DNA of 64,000 nt from Blepharisma stoltei ATCC 30299 (Eukaryota; Protista; Ciliophora), in NCBI GenBank assembly GCA_965603825.1, contig CBFDEM010000033.1, positions 719,601 to 783,600 of the forward strand. The letters are read 5' to 3'. The first letter of the stretch is position 1. Each line of letters opens with the position of its first letter. Both the position numbers and the translations under genes were made by a program. The notes below the pieces were generated by a model. The model saw nothing but the letters and a program-made list of their open reading frames with translations, made no database searches and was not told where the DNA came from. Positions 38,140-48,818 of this stretch are shown here, in pieces.

Positions 38140-40077
38140 TATGATTATATGAATTATTGGTGTTATAATGGCCGAATTTTAGATCGATTATATAATACTT
38201 TAAATATGAGAAAATTTAGAAATGCAATTCATCTCTGAACTAATAAATTTCCTATTGCCATCGTTAACAAGGCAGCACAAAGAGACTGCATATAAGAATT
38301 GTAATCATCTATTTGCTATAAGTTTAACATTAAAAATTATTTTTAATTATTTTCCAGTCGATGATTAGGAGATCCTAATAAATTCTTAATCGTTGACAAA
38401 GTTTCAATTATCGGCCTCAGGCATTTTAAAAATTGCTCAAGTCAATTTTATCATTTTTATCAAAGTATCGTTATTGAAATTTTTTCAATGCTCATTCAGC
38501 CTGTTTATTTTATCTTTACTAAGAATTGAATGACAAGATGGAATTTTCGTAATAAGATGTAGTATAGGAATCGGACATCGTTGGTGAGCATGTGATAATT
38601 TCCTTAACTGATTTCTTAATTATTTTAGTGAATTATTAATCGTGAGTTTCATATTTTAACTAAATTCAATTTTAATAAATGGGACTAGAATGCTTGAAAT
38701 ATCTTTAAAGATGCAATCTGATAAAAATAAATTTTTATCCCTAAAAGGATTTGTCTCCGAAGGATTATCTTAATATAATGCTGCATCCGCAATTAGCCTA
38801 ATAAGTAGCAACGTGAATAAATGGTTGCAAATCACGCAACCCATCGAATTTTAAAATCAGTGACCAGTTCTTTGGTATTACGACAAAGAGCTTCCAATAC
38901 CCTTCTAATTCTTGCATCTTCCAATAGCAAAGCTTTTTTTATTTCTCTTAATTCTTCATAAAGCATACCACTTCATGGGTAAATTTCTCCAAACTCCTTT
39001 ATTGGTTTATAGATGGTTTCTGTAATTATTTCGATTAAGAATCACTCAAACTCTTGATGTCGTAACTTTTATACTTGTCAATTTCTTTCATAACAACTAA
39101 ATGGCGCCGAAGTTCATAGCCATCGTCTTTTTGAAATTTATATTGGAATTTTGTACTGCTAAACATATTTTGAAAAATTCCCAAAAGCTCATTTAATTTA
39201 TTATATTATAAGAAATGGGATTTTAATTATGTATTTTAATCGAAATTGCAAATACATTAAAAGGCGTGACTCACTTAATTCCTATAGCCGCATCTCATAT
39301 AGATTTGGGGACGTTGAAGAAGAGAGGATGAAATTTTAGAATGCATGGCATTTTCATGGTTTAATAATACTTTTGAATTCGCTTTATCCCTAATTTCTTT
39401 GCTAAAATCTAAAGCAAAGTCGTTGAGCTAATATTGCTTGCTCTATTCCAGAGTATCAGCTTAACTTCTTTGCATCTCTGAGGCACAAATAAATCCCTAG
39501 CCATACCATTAAGATCCGTGTCAATTTCTCACCTCTATTCTCCACCTAGCATGCTGAAAAAATTTACAAAGAGATCCTGCTGTCATCTCCACCATATTAA
39601 TGCATTTTAATGAAATAAAAAAAAAGACATCAGACTTATCAAATTTTTTGTTGTTTTAATTAAATATTATTATATGTCAAAAATTGCCATAAATCGTAAT
39701 TTTGTTTTCTAAAGTCAGGGGGATTTTGTTAAATGAAACAGTTTTTGATACTTTGAGTATTAGTTGCTTTTTCTGGATTGAGATGTGACTTTATAGAGCA
39801 TAAATTTCAGCTGGCGCATCATGATAATGAACTCCATACTAAAATGCAATGCAGGCAGATTCTAAAGCATATATATACATGTACAGCTTTGGAGAATAAA
39901 AATTTTATCAAAATATTTAAAACCCTGGTGTTTTTAATCCATTAAATCAATCCTATTCTCATTGCATCTTTATAAAACAATTGATACTTCATTTGAGACT
40001 TATTCTTTATGAACTCAGAGCCCATTTTTCGCTATATCAAAATTAATATCTACGTCATACTTTTTGCGCTAATAAAA

Positions 40078-41079
40078 ATGTGGGCCTGGATTATAGGAAT
40101 TTCTGCAGTACTCATCGTTCTCTTCACTAGTCCAATTTGGGTTCCCATCCTCCTATTCACAACTCCATTCATTCTCTTATGGGCTGGCATAATTTATGGA
40201 ATCCTCCGACTTTTAGGTCTCTGGGGAACTGTGGCGAAACAAGGCACACGATTTTATGACTGGCTGTTCTTCAAAAGTGATAAGCCCCGCAAGTTCCTCT
40301 GGCAGCAGTTTTACAATTTCCTGTGCTGGATGTTCCCACAAGAGGAGTGGAAAACAATGAATTACGGCTATGCTATTAACACCGAAACAGGTTTCACAAT
40401 TTACCTCGACCCTGAAGAAGAATCAGAGCGCTTTTCCTATCAGCTTTACCATTACATGGCGACAGGATTTAAAAAGATCCCAAATCTCAATGGACTTAAA
40501 GTCTTAGAGGTTGGCTGTGGCCGAGGAGGCGGATTGGCTTATGTCCTTAAATATCTTAAGCCTGCATCTGCAGTTGGGGTGGACTATTCTAAGCAGCAAG
40601 TAGAGTTCTGCAAAAAGACACACACTGGGCATAATATCAACTTCGTATGGGGAGATGCTGAGCATATACCAGCAGAAGACCAATCCATTGATGTAGTGTT
40701 GAATGTGGAGAGCTCTCACTGCTATGGAAATATTAAAGCCTTCATTACAGAAGTTAACAGAATTCTTAGGCCAGGTGGTCACTTTTTCATCACTGACTTC
40801 TTATATGAGAATGATCTCGCAGCCTATGAAGAAGCCTTGGGCTCTACAGAAATGAAGCTTCAAGAGAAGCAAGACATCACTGACAACGTGCTGCTTTCGC
40901 TAAACTTCGACTCAAAAAGAAGAAGCCGGATGATTTTGAACAGGACTCCTAGACTGTTGCACCCGATTTTGAAAAGATTCAGCGGGGTGGAAGGGTCGAA
41001 TATCTACACTCAAATGAAAAGCAGAGAATCAGTCTATGTAGCCTACCATTTGGTAAAGCCAAAGAAATCAGAAGAATAA
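40078..41079 (+). CDS. Class I SAM-dependent methyltransferase with N-terminal membrane anchor; resembles bacterial phthiotriol/fatty-acid O-methyltransferases
   Basis: MNYGY, YQLYH, VLEVGCGRGGG, GVD, GDAE, VVLNVESSHCY, RILRPGG. Start is probably ATG 40078. Confidence 0.88.
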   Translation: MWAWIIGISAVLIVLFTSPIWVPILLFTTPFILLWAGIIYGILRLLGLWGTVAKQGTRFYDWLFFKSDKPRKFLWQQFYNFLCWMFPQEEWKTMNYGYAINTETGFTIYLDPEEESERFSYQLYHYMATGFKKIPNLNGLKVLEVGCGRGGGLAYVLKYLKPASAVGVDYSKQQVEFCKKTHTGHNINFVWGDAEHIPAEDQSIDVVLNVESSHCYGNIKAFITEVNRILRPGGHFFITDFLYENDLAAYEEALGSTEMKLQEKQDITDNVLLSLNFDSKRRSRMILNRTPRLLHPILKRFSGVEGSNIYTQMKSRESVYVAYHLVKPKKSEE

Positions 41080-41165
41080 TTAAATAAATTTCTTTATCAA
41101 CCACTATTATTAGCCAAATGAGTTATTTCTCTCCATTCTTAGTTGCAACGTCATTAATAATCAAT

Positions 41166-41972
41166 ATGAAACTTTGGTTCTACCTTGTAAATCTCATATA
41201 TCTGACACATTCTCTATGCTTAAAGCCGGCTGTTTCTTGTGAAAGCAACGCCTGCAAAATAGATACAGAATACTCAAAACCTTCACATAAAAAATTTGCA
41301 GCAATGTCATGTCCGGAATTCAAAGACAAAGAATCTTGTCTATCTGATGAAATGAATATGAAACTTGAAAAACTGCACTACATGATTGACAGAACTTGAG
41401 GAAACTCAGCTAGAGGATGTGATATCTGTGCTGCCAACATCAAGCGACTTTGATGCTGGCTCACAAGTTCTCCAAGTCAGCCTGAATTTCTTAAGCCTAA
41501 GCTTTCTGACATAACAGTGGATGGAAATGTGAACTATACAGCTTTTGTAACGCCGACTTTGGTTCATTCTTTGCATGATTCTTGCAAAAGCTGCCATAGG
41601 AATTATCATATCCCTGGGACATACTCGTTAGAAACATTCATGAATTTTCATGGGGAAAATTCTGCTAGTTTGTTGAGCATGCTAGTTGAGTTTGTGATTG
41701 AGGAAAAACCTGAAAGCTTGGATTTAAATTTCGCCAGCTGTGATTCAAATACGACCAACTTGTATGGATTTTCAGTAAAGCCTTGCTCTTGCAAGACGTA
41801 ATTATTATTCAGATGTGAAGAGGCATGCAAAGATGCTTATAGACCAAAAGACCCAGTTCACAATAAGAATTGGCCTGGGATAGCTTTTGGGTATGTTTGT
41901 TTAGGACTTTTCGGAATTTTAATTATTTTGCTGCCGAGAATATTAAAAAAAGATGACATAAAGAAAGATTAA
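41166..41972 (+). CDS. Stand-alone NPC1 N-terminal-domain-like type I membrane protein, ~263 aa; intron 41798-41812
   Basis: Signal peptide; GCDICAANIKRLWCWLTSSPSQPEF (cf. NPC1 [25 protein letters not shown]), HDSCKS, PCSCKTCEEAC, then a TM helix. TGA=Trp at 41397 and 41451. Confidence 0.78.
41798..41812 (+). other. 15-nt intron gtaattattattcag
   Basis: Retention gives TAA; removal yields PCSCKT-CEEAC. Confidence 0.88.
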
Positions 41973-42068
41973 CTATAACTTATTGGCTAAATTTCCCACA
42001 GGAAGTTTATCAAATACTTTATCAGGAGCAATTTAGCCAGTATGCATTAATAATTCATTACTCACAGT

Positions 42069-43280
42069 CTAATTAAAAATCTGCCCTATCCTTTTCGATC
42101 TCACCCTGTTCTGCCAAATCCTTGCAGGCAGCCTGCAAAGTCTTGCTTGAAATTCGACACTTTTTTTGATATCATCAAAATATTTATCCTTTACAATTTC
42201 TGTACATCTTCTGAAAACATCATCAAAAAGCTCATGATTTAAGCTATTTCTCGCATTTCCACTTGATCTTGCATTTTTTCAGTCAAAAAGCAAGGATCTT
42301 TTTTCTTCAATTTCATGCTTATTAAGATATCCTTCGTCCTCTCCAAGTTCTTCAAGGAAATCTAGCAGTTCTCCTCCCTTAATCAAAGCTTGGGCAGGTT
42401 TACTTTCAACATTAGCTCTATACTCTGAAATTTCTACCATGCAGTCTCTTAGCGTTTTGTCAGGGATCAATGGCGCCAGCATCTTCATACCTTCAGTAAA
42501 GCTGACCAAAGTTTGAAGTTCTTGGCAGTCTGCCACCAATTTTTCATCCCTTGCCGCTCTCAGCATTTCAGCTTTCCTTATTTTTTCGTTCAGCTCTTCA
42601 AATGCTTTATTTTCTGACGTGATGCTGCATTGCTTTGATATGCTTTGCATTCACTTTTGTTTGTTTTCTGTGTTGTTCCCTTTCAGAACATACACCTTAT
42701 GTGGGGTAACAAGCTGAAAGCAGTATTTTCCAAATCTTGACTCCTCCACATCCTAACTTTAGCTTACGGTGACTGAAACAGCTTCTAAGTCAATCCTTGA
42801 GAATGCTTTAGCCAGCATCTTTTTGCTTTTCCCATAGTAAATGCATTTAGAGTCCAATATAAAGTACCTGTCTTTCCATTTTGTCCCGGTGTATTTCTTC
42901 AGCCCTCCTTCTCTAATAATTTCTTCGTCTTTAATAGCTTCCATGACTGAAACATTATCGTCAACCAAACTCGGTGAAATTTGGCTGCTTTTTACGACGT
43001 GATAGTATTTCTGGCTTGGTTGAGTTCTTTGCTATATAAAATATACCAGAATTTGGTAAGGGCACTCAAAAGGAGCCAGCATTCTTTCTTTTAATGGTGT
43101 TTCTGAACTCATTACAATAAATAATGCGTATTCCTGAAGCCGATCAACACTTATATGCAAGAGTTTAGGGGCGACCTTAGTCAAAATGTCTTCAGCGGTT
43201 GTGGTGTCATTGATTTCGACAATGCTGCTCAGATCATTGGCTTCACCTGCGTAGACTTTGAGTTGAATGGCTTTGTCCAT
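42069..43280 (-). CDS. RA(ubiquitin-like)-PH domain protein, ~393 aa; introns 43032-43046 and 42753-42767
   Basis: IVEINDTTTAEDIL..EYALF..ERML (RA-like). IIREGGLKK..KWKDRYFIL..CFQLVTP..NKQK-W-MQSI, with the PH C-terminal Trp encoded by TGA 42651-42653. Second TGA at 42279; stop is TAG. Confidence 0.85.
42753..42767 (-). other. 15-nt intron gtaagctaaagttag
   Basis: In-frame TAA inside; removal completes the PH domain. Confidence 0.88.
43032..43046 (-). other. 15-nt intron gtatattttatatag
   Basis: In-frame TAG inside; joins the RA and PH exons. Confidence 0.88.
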
Positions 43281-43293
43281 ATTAATTGAAGAA

Positions 43294-44694
43294 TTAAACT
43301 TTAGTGTAATTTTTACTGTTGGTAGCAAAAGTCCTCAGCTCACGCATATAGTACTGCTTTGGCTTTTTGCGACGGATGAAAACATAGTAAATTGTGAAGA
43401 GAGAAAGAAAAACCCCGAAAATGACGATCACGGAAATGATGTTGGAAATTTGCTCCTCGGTTGAGGAAAAAGTGTTTGTGTCAACAGTTTTGAGGATCTC
43501 TTCACCTTCTTTTGGGAATTTTGGAGAACTTGGACTGCCGTCATTGGACTTCTTGCTGTCTTTGTCAGAAGACTCAGCAGGAGGTGGGGGTGAGAAAGAG
43601 CTCTCTTTTGCTTCATCAAAGTCAGAATTTTCTGGGTTTGGCTCAGGCTTCAGCGTTTCTTCATCATTGCTTTCTGAGTCGCTTTTATTCTTTTCTTCCT
43701 CGTTTGTATCTGCATCTTCCTCTGAATTTTTTTCTTCTTCATCAGCTTTGTGTTCACTTTCCTCAGTTTTGGCTTTTGGATCTAGACTTTCATTAATACT
43801 TATCTCTTCTTCATCAGATTTATGTTCACTCTCCTCATTTTTGTCTTTTGGATCTGGGTCTGCTTTAGTATTTGTCTCTTCTTCACCATATTTATGCTCA
43901 CTTTCCTCAGTTTTTTGTTCTGGATCTAGACTTTCCCCTGCATTTGTGTCTTCCTCAACTTCTATTTCCACTTCTATATCAGTATCTTTTGCGCTTTCTC
44001 CTGATTTGCTGCCATCATTCATATCTTTTTCGATATCTTCTCTATTTTTGCCTTCCTCTTTTGGCCCATCTTTCTCAGTATTTTCACTCTCTTCTTTTTT
44101 GGTCTCCTCACCATTTTCCTCTTCTTGGTCTCCTTCAGGATCATCAGTTCTTCCATCATCTGCCTTATAGTCCTCAAGAATTTCCTCCATTTCTTTATCA
44201 TCTTTATCATCTTTATAGTCACTATAATCCTCTTCATTATTGGTTTTCCCTACCCCAAAATCAAAAATTTCATCAAAATCTAAGCCATCGTCTGAATCCT
44301 GTTCTTTAGCCTCATAATTTTGAGGTGATATAAGGTGTCCTGTTCCATTTTCTGAGGTTCCAGTGATATCTTCACTGGATTTATGTTCTGGATTTTCAAA
44401 ATGTGAGCTGTCTTCTTTTGGATTACTGCTTTCCTCTTTATCCTCAGTCTCATAATCTGGCTGTTCTTGCTCAATTTCTCCATCAGTGGCTTCAAAATCT
44501 TCCTGTTTTTCGGAAGAAAATTCTTTTTCTGATAAAGTAGAATTTGCGATTTCATCTTGAACAGATTGCTCATTTAAGCTTTCATTTTTTAAATCTAGAT
44601 TTCCAAGATCATATAGATCATCTGTAAATTGATCTGCCTTGCAAAAGCATGCAGAAATAGCAAGCACCAGAAATAAACACATAGATTTTTCCAT
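43294..44694 (-). CDS. Highly acidic type I membrane protein (TGN38/46-like architecture)
   Basis: Signal peptide, E/D/S/K-rich luminal region, TM helix IISVIVIFGVFLSLFTIYYVFI, RRKK stop-transfer and terminal YxxPhi (YTKV). Confidence 0.8.
   Translation of the reverse strand: MEKSMCLFLVLAISACFCKADQFTDDLYDLGNLDLKNESLNEQSVQDEIANSTLSEKEFSSEKQEDFEATDGEIEQEQPDYETEDKEESSNPKEDSSHFENPEHKSSEDITGTSENGTGHLISPQNYEAKEQDSDDGLDFDEIFDFGVGKTNNEEDYSDYKDDKDDKEMEEILEDYKADDGRTDDPEGDQEEENGEETKKEESENTEKDGPKEEGKNREDIEKDMNDGSKSGESAKDTDIEVEIEVEEDTNAGESLDPEQKTEESEHKYGEEETNTKADPDPKDKNEESEHKSDEEEISINESLDPKAKTEESEHKADEEEKNSEEDADTNEEEKNKSDSESNDEETLKPEPNPENSDFDEAKESSFSPPPPAESSDKDSKKSNDGSPSSPKFPKEGEEILKTVDTNTFSSTEEQISNIISVIVIFGVFLSLFTIYYVFIRRKKPKQYYMRELRTFATNSKNYTKV
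43725..43940 (-). repeat. Three 72-bp (24-aa) tandem repeats xxxDPxxKxEESEHKxxEEE
   Basis: tggatct recurs at about 43777, 43849 and 43921. Confidence 0.8.
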
Positions 44695-44909
44695 TTACAA
44701 TATTTTTTACAAAATTAATTAGCAATGTATTCTAGTTAATCAGAAATTCAGCATTTTTAAATACTTCTATTTTTTCTTTGTTGCAGGAAAATTTTTCCAT
44801 ACTTCAAAACAAAATTTAGGGCAGCTAGTGCCAAGCTTAAATTAAATTTGAAAGAGTTTCAATAGCTTTGAAAGCATATAAAATTTAAAATGCCTATAAA
44901 GTTGATAAA

Positions 44910-45722
44910 ATGATTTCACCAATCTATAAAGACGCAAATTCAAGACCTGTATCAAGTCCATGCAGCAATAAAGGCTTTTCACAGTCGAACTACAAAATGA
45001 TCAAGCGGATAAGCCTGTTTAACGATGCCAATAAAAGGAAGCTTAGCATTAATCTCCCAGGAATTTCCCCTAAAAGTGAACAATTCTACAGCAACTCGAC
45101 ATTTATTCACACGAACTCCAAAAGTTTATCTCCAATTCCTGAGACCGTTTCTCAAGCATCTCAGACTTTTCAAGCTAATGATGAAGAACTGCCTCAGATC
45201 GATCTCAGAAACAAATACAACCGCCCAAAATCTAAAGCATTATTCCACCCAGTCAAAGTCGAAATAAACACTTTCGAAGAAATCTCAGAAGGCTCTATCA
45301 TCTTGAGCAAGCAAAGAGATTCAAATGAAAATTCCAGCTGGAAAAGACCAGGGACATGCTCAAAGAAGTCTTATTTTTATGAAAATTCTTATCAGACCGA
45401 AAATGATGAAACTCCGAAGATTGAGAATCCGAATAACTTTGCTAAGGCATGATATAATTATTTGAGCCAAAAAAGCAAAAACAAAAAATTTTTAGTGCTG
45501 CCTCAAAAGAAATACTCTATAAAAGAGTTTAAATTTTCGGAAATACCTACTGAAAAGCATTCGAGATCGACTAAAAATAGAAGGCCTTCAAATAATATAT
45601 TTGAGCCTTTGGTCTGCAGCAATCCTAAATTTGTTCAAAAGAGCAGCTATTTGGCTGACTTGACGAAAAGGCAGAGATCTTTAAGCAGAGAGCTAGTTGC
45701 TATTAAATGCAAAGATGCATAG
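44910..45722 (+). CDS. Hypothetical Ser/Lys-rich disordered protein, 270 aa
   Basis: Two in-frame ORFs joined by TGA=Trp at 45450-45452; stop is TAG. Confidence 0.75.
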
Positions 45723-45911
45723 CTTTTTGCAACATTAATTAATATCTAAATTAATTTTGAGGTTGAGAGAGGCATTTTAATAATATCAGAATCTTGAGAA
45801 TGCGCTTGCATTTATAAAACAGCTAAATTTTAGGAACTCATAAAACTGATTTTTATGAAAAACTTTTACGAAAAAAGCAAAAGCAAAGGATTCATGATTT
45901 TGTCTCTATAT

Positions 45912-45927
45912 TATGCGTTTTCCAATA
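45912..45927 (+). promoter_or_regulatory. Element TATGCGTTTTCCAATA, copy 1
   Basis: 16 nt upstream of ATG 45944; identical to copy 2. Confidence 0.7.
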
Positions 45928-45943
45928 ATAACAATAATAATAA

Positions 45944-46156
45944 ATGGCATTCAAAATTTTATTTATAGCAGGTCTTTTGTTAGCTCTCTCAATCAACGTA
46001 GAAAACAATGAAAAACTAGCTATATTAGAAGAGATTAAAATTGATTTTCCAACATTTTTAGCCTCAACTACAGAGTTAACTTCAACAACAAGCTTATTTC
46101 ATGGCCAAAGCAATCAAAATTCCAGCGGAGGGCCAGCTGATGAAGCCGATTCATAG
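45944..46156 (+). CDS. Small secreted protein, family member A (70 aa)
   Basis: Signal peptide MAFKILFIAGLLLALS similar to the neighbours; FPTFLA motif; shared upstream element. Confidence 0.7.
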   Translation: MAFKILFIAGLLLALSINVENNEKLAILEEIKIDFPTFLASTTELTSTTSLFHGQSNQNSSGGPADEADS

Positions 46157-46680
46157 CAAAACAATACAGAAGAATAAATAAAATTAAATTTTAATTTGAT
46201 CTATACTTTTCTATTCTGCTCTCCCTTATTGAAATGCTTCAATTGCGCAATCCAATAATATCTAATTATCTGATTTAAACTTCTTTATTATTAATTCATA
46301 TTCAGAAATAGTCACTAATCACAATTTAAACTTTTATAATGTGATATAAGAGATTAGCCAAATATGTGAAAAATCATAGGAGCTTTTAAATGGAGTATCT
46401 GTATTATACAAAATTATTAATAATAGTGTTAAGGCCAATGTTAATAATTAATTTTTTTAATGATATAATATTAAAGTTCTTATTATTTTTAATATAAATG
46501 AAGTGGATATTAGGATTTTCAATACATTAGTTGAAGATATTTTTTAGAAATCAATCACCTGAGTAGTTATTAGTGAAAGAGCCCTCTAAATAAATATGGG
46601 GAAATTCTCACTTAACAAGTTTTAATTTGCCTTAAATTTTTTATTCTGAGATAGTTTTATAACAATATTTTAGAAAAAAT

Positions 46681-47526
46681 TTAATATGCAAAAGCTTCCT
46701 CTTCTGATTGCTCTTGTTCAGATGAATATTCTCCACTTTGCTCTTTCTGTTCTTCTTCTTCTCCTTCTTCTTTGCGCTCTCCTTCCTCTTCTTCTTCTTT
46801 TTGTTTTTTTTCTTCTTCTCTTTCTTCGTGCTCTTCTTCACTTTCACTTTCGCCTTCATGTTCTCCTTCTTCCTCATGTTCTTCTTCTCCTTCATGCTCT
46901 CCTTCATGCTCTCCTTCATGCTCTCCTTCTTGCTCTCCTTCTTCCTCATGTTCTTCTTCTCCTCCATGCTCTCCTTCATGCTCTTCTTCTTCTTCTTCTC
47001 CTTCTTCCTCTCCTTCTCCTTCTTCTTCTTCTTCTTTCCCTTCTTGCTTCTCTTCTTTGCTAGAGAATATAAATGTAGGTATTATCAAGGGATTTCCTGA
47101 TGATCCAGATGATGAGGAGCCTCCTGATGATGAAGTACTTCCTGAAGATCCAGATGATGAACTGTCTGATGATTTAGATGATGAACTTCCTGAAGATCCA
47201 GATGATGAACTACCTGATGATCCAGATGATGAAGAGCTTCCTTGCGAGCCACTTCCTTGTGACCCTGAAGAAGAGTCACCTGGTGATCCAGATGATGATG
47301 AGCTTCCTTGCGAGCCAGAAGAGCTTCCTTGAGATTCAGATGATCCAGAAGTGCTTCCTGACGATCCGGATGATGAACTTCCAGATCTAATACCAGATGT
47401 TGCATATTCCAAAAATCCAGAGAAGAGTTTCTTGCTTTCTTGGAGAGAGTTTTGTTCATTCTTTTGCTTGATACCAGTAGCGATTGCAAGAATAAGAGCT
47501 GCTATAAGTATTGTTTTGAGTGCCAT
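46681..47526 (-). CDS. Secreted Ser/Gly-rich plus Glu/His/Gly-rich protein, family member B (~281 aa)
   Basis: Signal MALKTILIAALILAIA, FSGFLEY, ~100-aa S/G tract, (EGEH)n and poly-E tail; ATG at 47526. Confidence 0.85.
   Translation of the reverse strand: MALKTILIAALILAIATGIKQKNEQNSLQESKKLFSGFLEYATSGIRSGSSSSGSSGSTSGSSESQGSSSGSQGSSSSSGSPGDSSSGSQGSGSQGSSSSSGSSGSSSSGSSGSSSSKSSDSSSSGSSGSTSSSGGSSSSGSSGNPLIIPTFIFSSKEEKQEGKEEEEEGEGEEEGEEEEEEHEGEHGGEEEHEEEGEQEGEHEGEHEGEHEGEEEHEEEGEHEGESESEEEHEEREEEKKQKEEEEEGERKEEGEEEEQKEQSGEYSSEQEQSEEEAFAY
46730..47390 (-). repeat. Low-complexity coding repeats: 12-bp units encoding EGEH within a 72-bp duplication (~46860-46985), and gatccagatgatga units encoding SSSGS (~47100-47390)
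   Basis: Directly visible tandem units. Confidence 0.85.
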
Positions 47527-47532
47527 CAATTA

Positions 47533-47548
47533 TATTGGAAAACGCATA
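47533..47548 (-). promoter_or_regulatory. Element TATGCGTTTTCCAATA, copy 2
   Basis: 6 nt upstream of ATG 47526. Confidence 0.7.
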
Positions 47549-48818
47549 TTTCATAAAATTATCAACATGGCTGGGGAAAATTAAGGATTATAATGCAGAC
47601 TACGATTTTCAACTTAAATGTAATCCTGTAGGGTCTTAAGGCGAATTAATTAATGAATATATTGAGATCCAGCATTATGAAATAGGCTTCCCGTGATGTT
47701 CTAAATTAATAGTCGTTTTTCCTCAATTTCTGATGATTATTTTGAGAAGGCTGGAAGACATTTGAAGGGAGAATGATTAAAGACTGAGAGTTAACAGATG
47801 AGTTTATTAATAGCTAGATTTAAGAATTTCTTAGCAAGCGTTTCCTGATGAAACCTAATGACGTATTCAAAAATATTATATGAATATGGGGAATGGCATT
47901 ATTTGAATCCCAATATCTATGCGTTACAAATTTAGAATTTGCAATATTTGACAGGCTTAAATTGATAAGCCTGAAGTATATTGGCTTTCAAAAAACTGAG
48001 GTACTAGACTGAATGCAAATAGCTCTTTGCAGTTTTGGAATTATTAGTTAGTTTCATTGAAGTTTGTTCATAAAACTTATGAAAGTGGATAGTCTTTATC
48101 TATAGAGTCCTTTAATCTGGTGGTTTTCAAAAAAGTCTAGGACTAGGTTGTAATTTAGACCACGAAGTTTTATTGTTTTATACAATACTTTTATTGATTA
48201 GCCTTTTGATTGCTATATTTAACTAAATCAAATATGTAACGTTGCTCTTCTTAAATGCTCGCTAGCCTCTAATTTCTGGCTGATTTGATATGCTTCTTTA
48301 ATACTTACATTATGATAGATAGGAACACTTTAAATGCTTCCATACAATATATGATACTCGGGGCACAATAACTGACTCCTTGCTCCATAAAAACTTGTTG
48401 GGTCGCTTGTTTTGAAGCCATATTTGCAAGCACATTTTGTAACAGCAAGCATATTTATATTGGCTTAGTAATTGTAAAATTATTGAGAAATTATTATCTT
48501 ACACTGAGAATAGCTTAAATTCAGCTGCGTTATACTATAATTTAGATATTAATAATCAATTTCTTTAGATATCTAATTTAATTATAAATTGTTTTTTAAA
48601 AGTCTATAAACATTAATGAAGTTCGAAATCAGAGTTATTTGGGCTAAAATATATAAATTTTAACTACTTGATATAGCTAGACTTATTTTAATTAAGTGAT
48701 ATAAATGTTCCTACTGAAAAACAAATTTGCGGAGCAAGATTTAAATTTATATCTATAGTTATGACAATTTATAAAGATTACAATTTTAAAAAGCTGAATC
48801 TTCTTCTTCTTTTTCTTC

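Noticed and set aside
43394-47489. Long overlapping ORFs in alternative frames over the acidic and low-complexity genes
   Set aside because: Stop-free frames produced by GAA/TCA-type repeats; only one frame has a signal peptide and coherent architecture.
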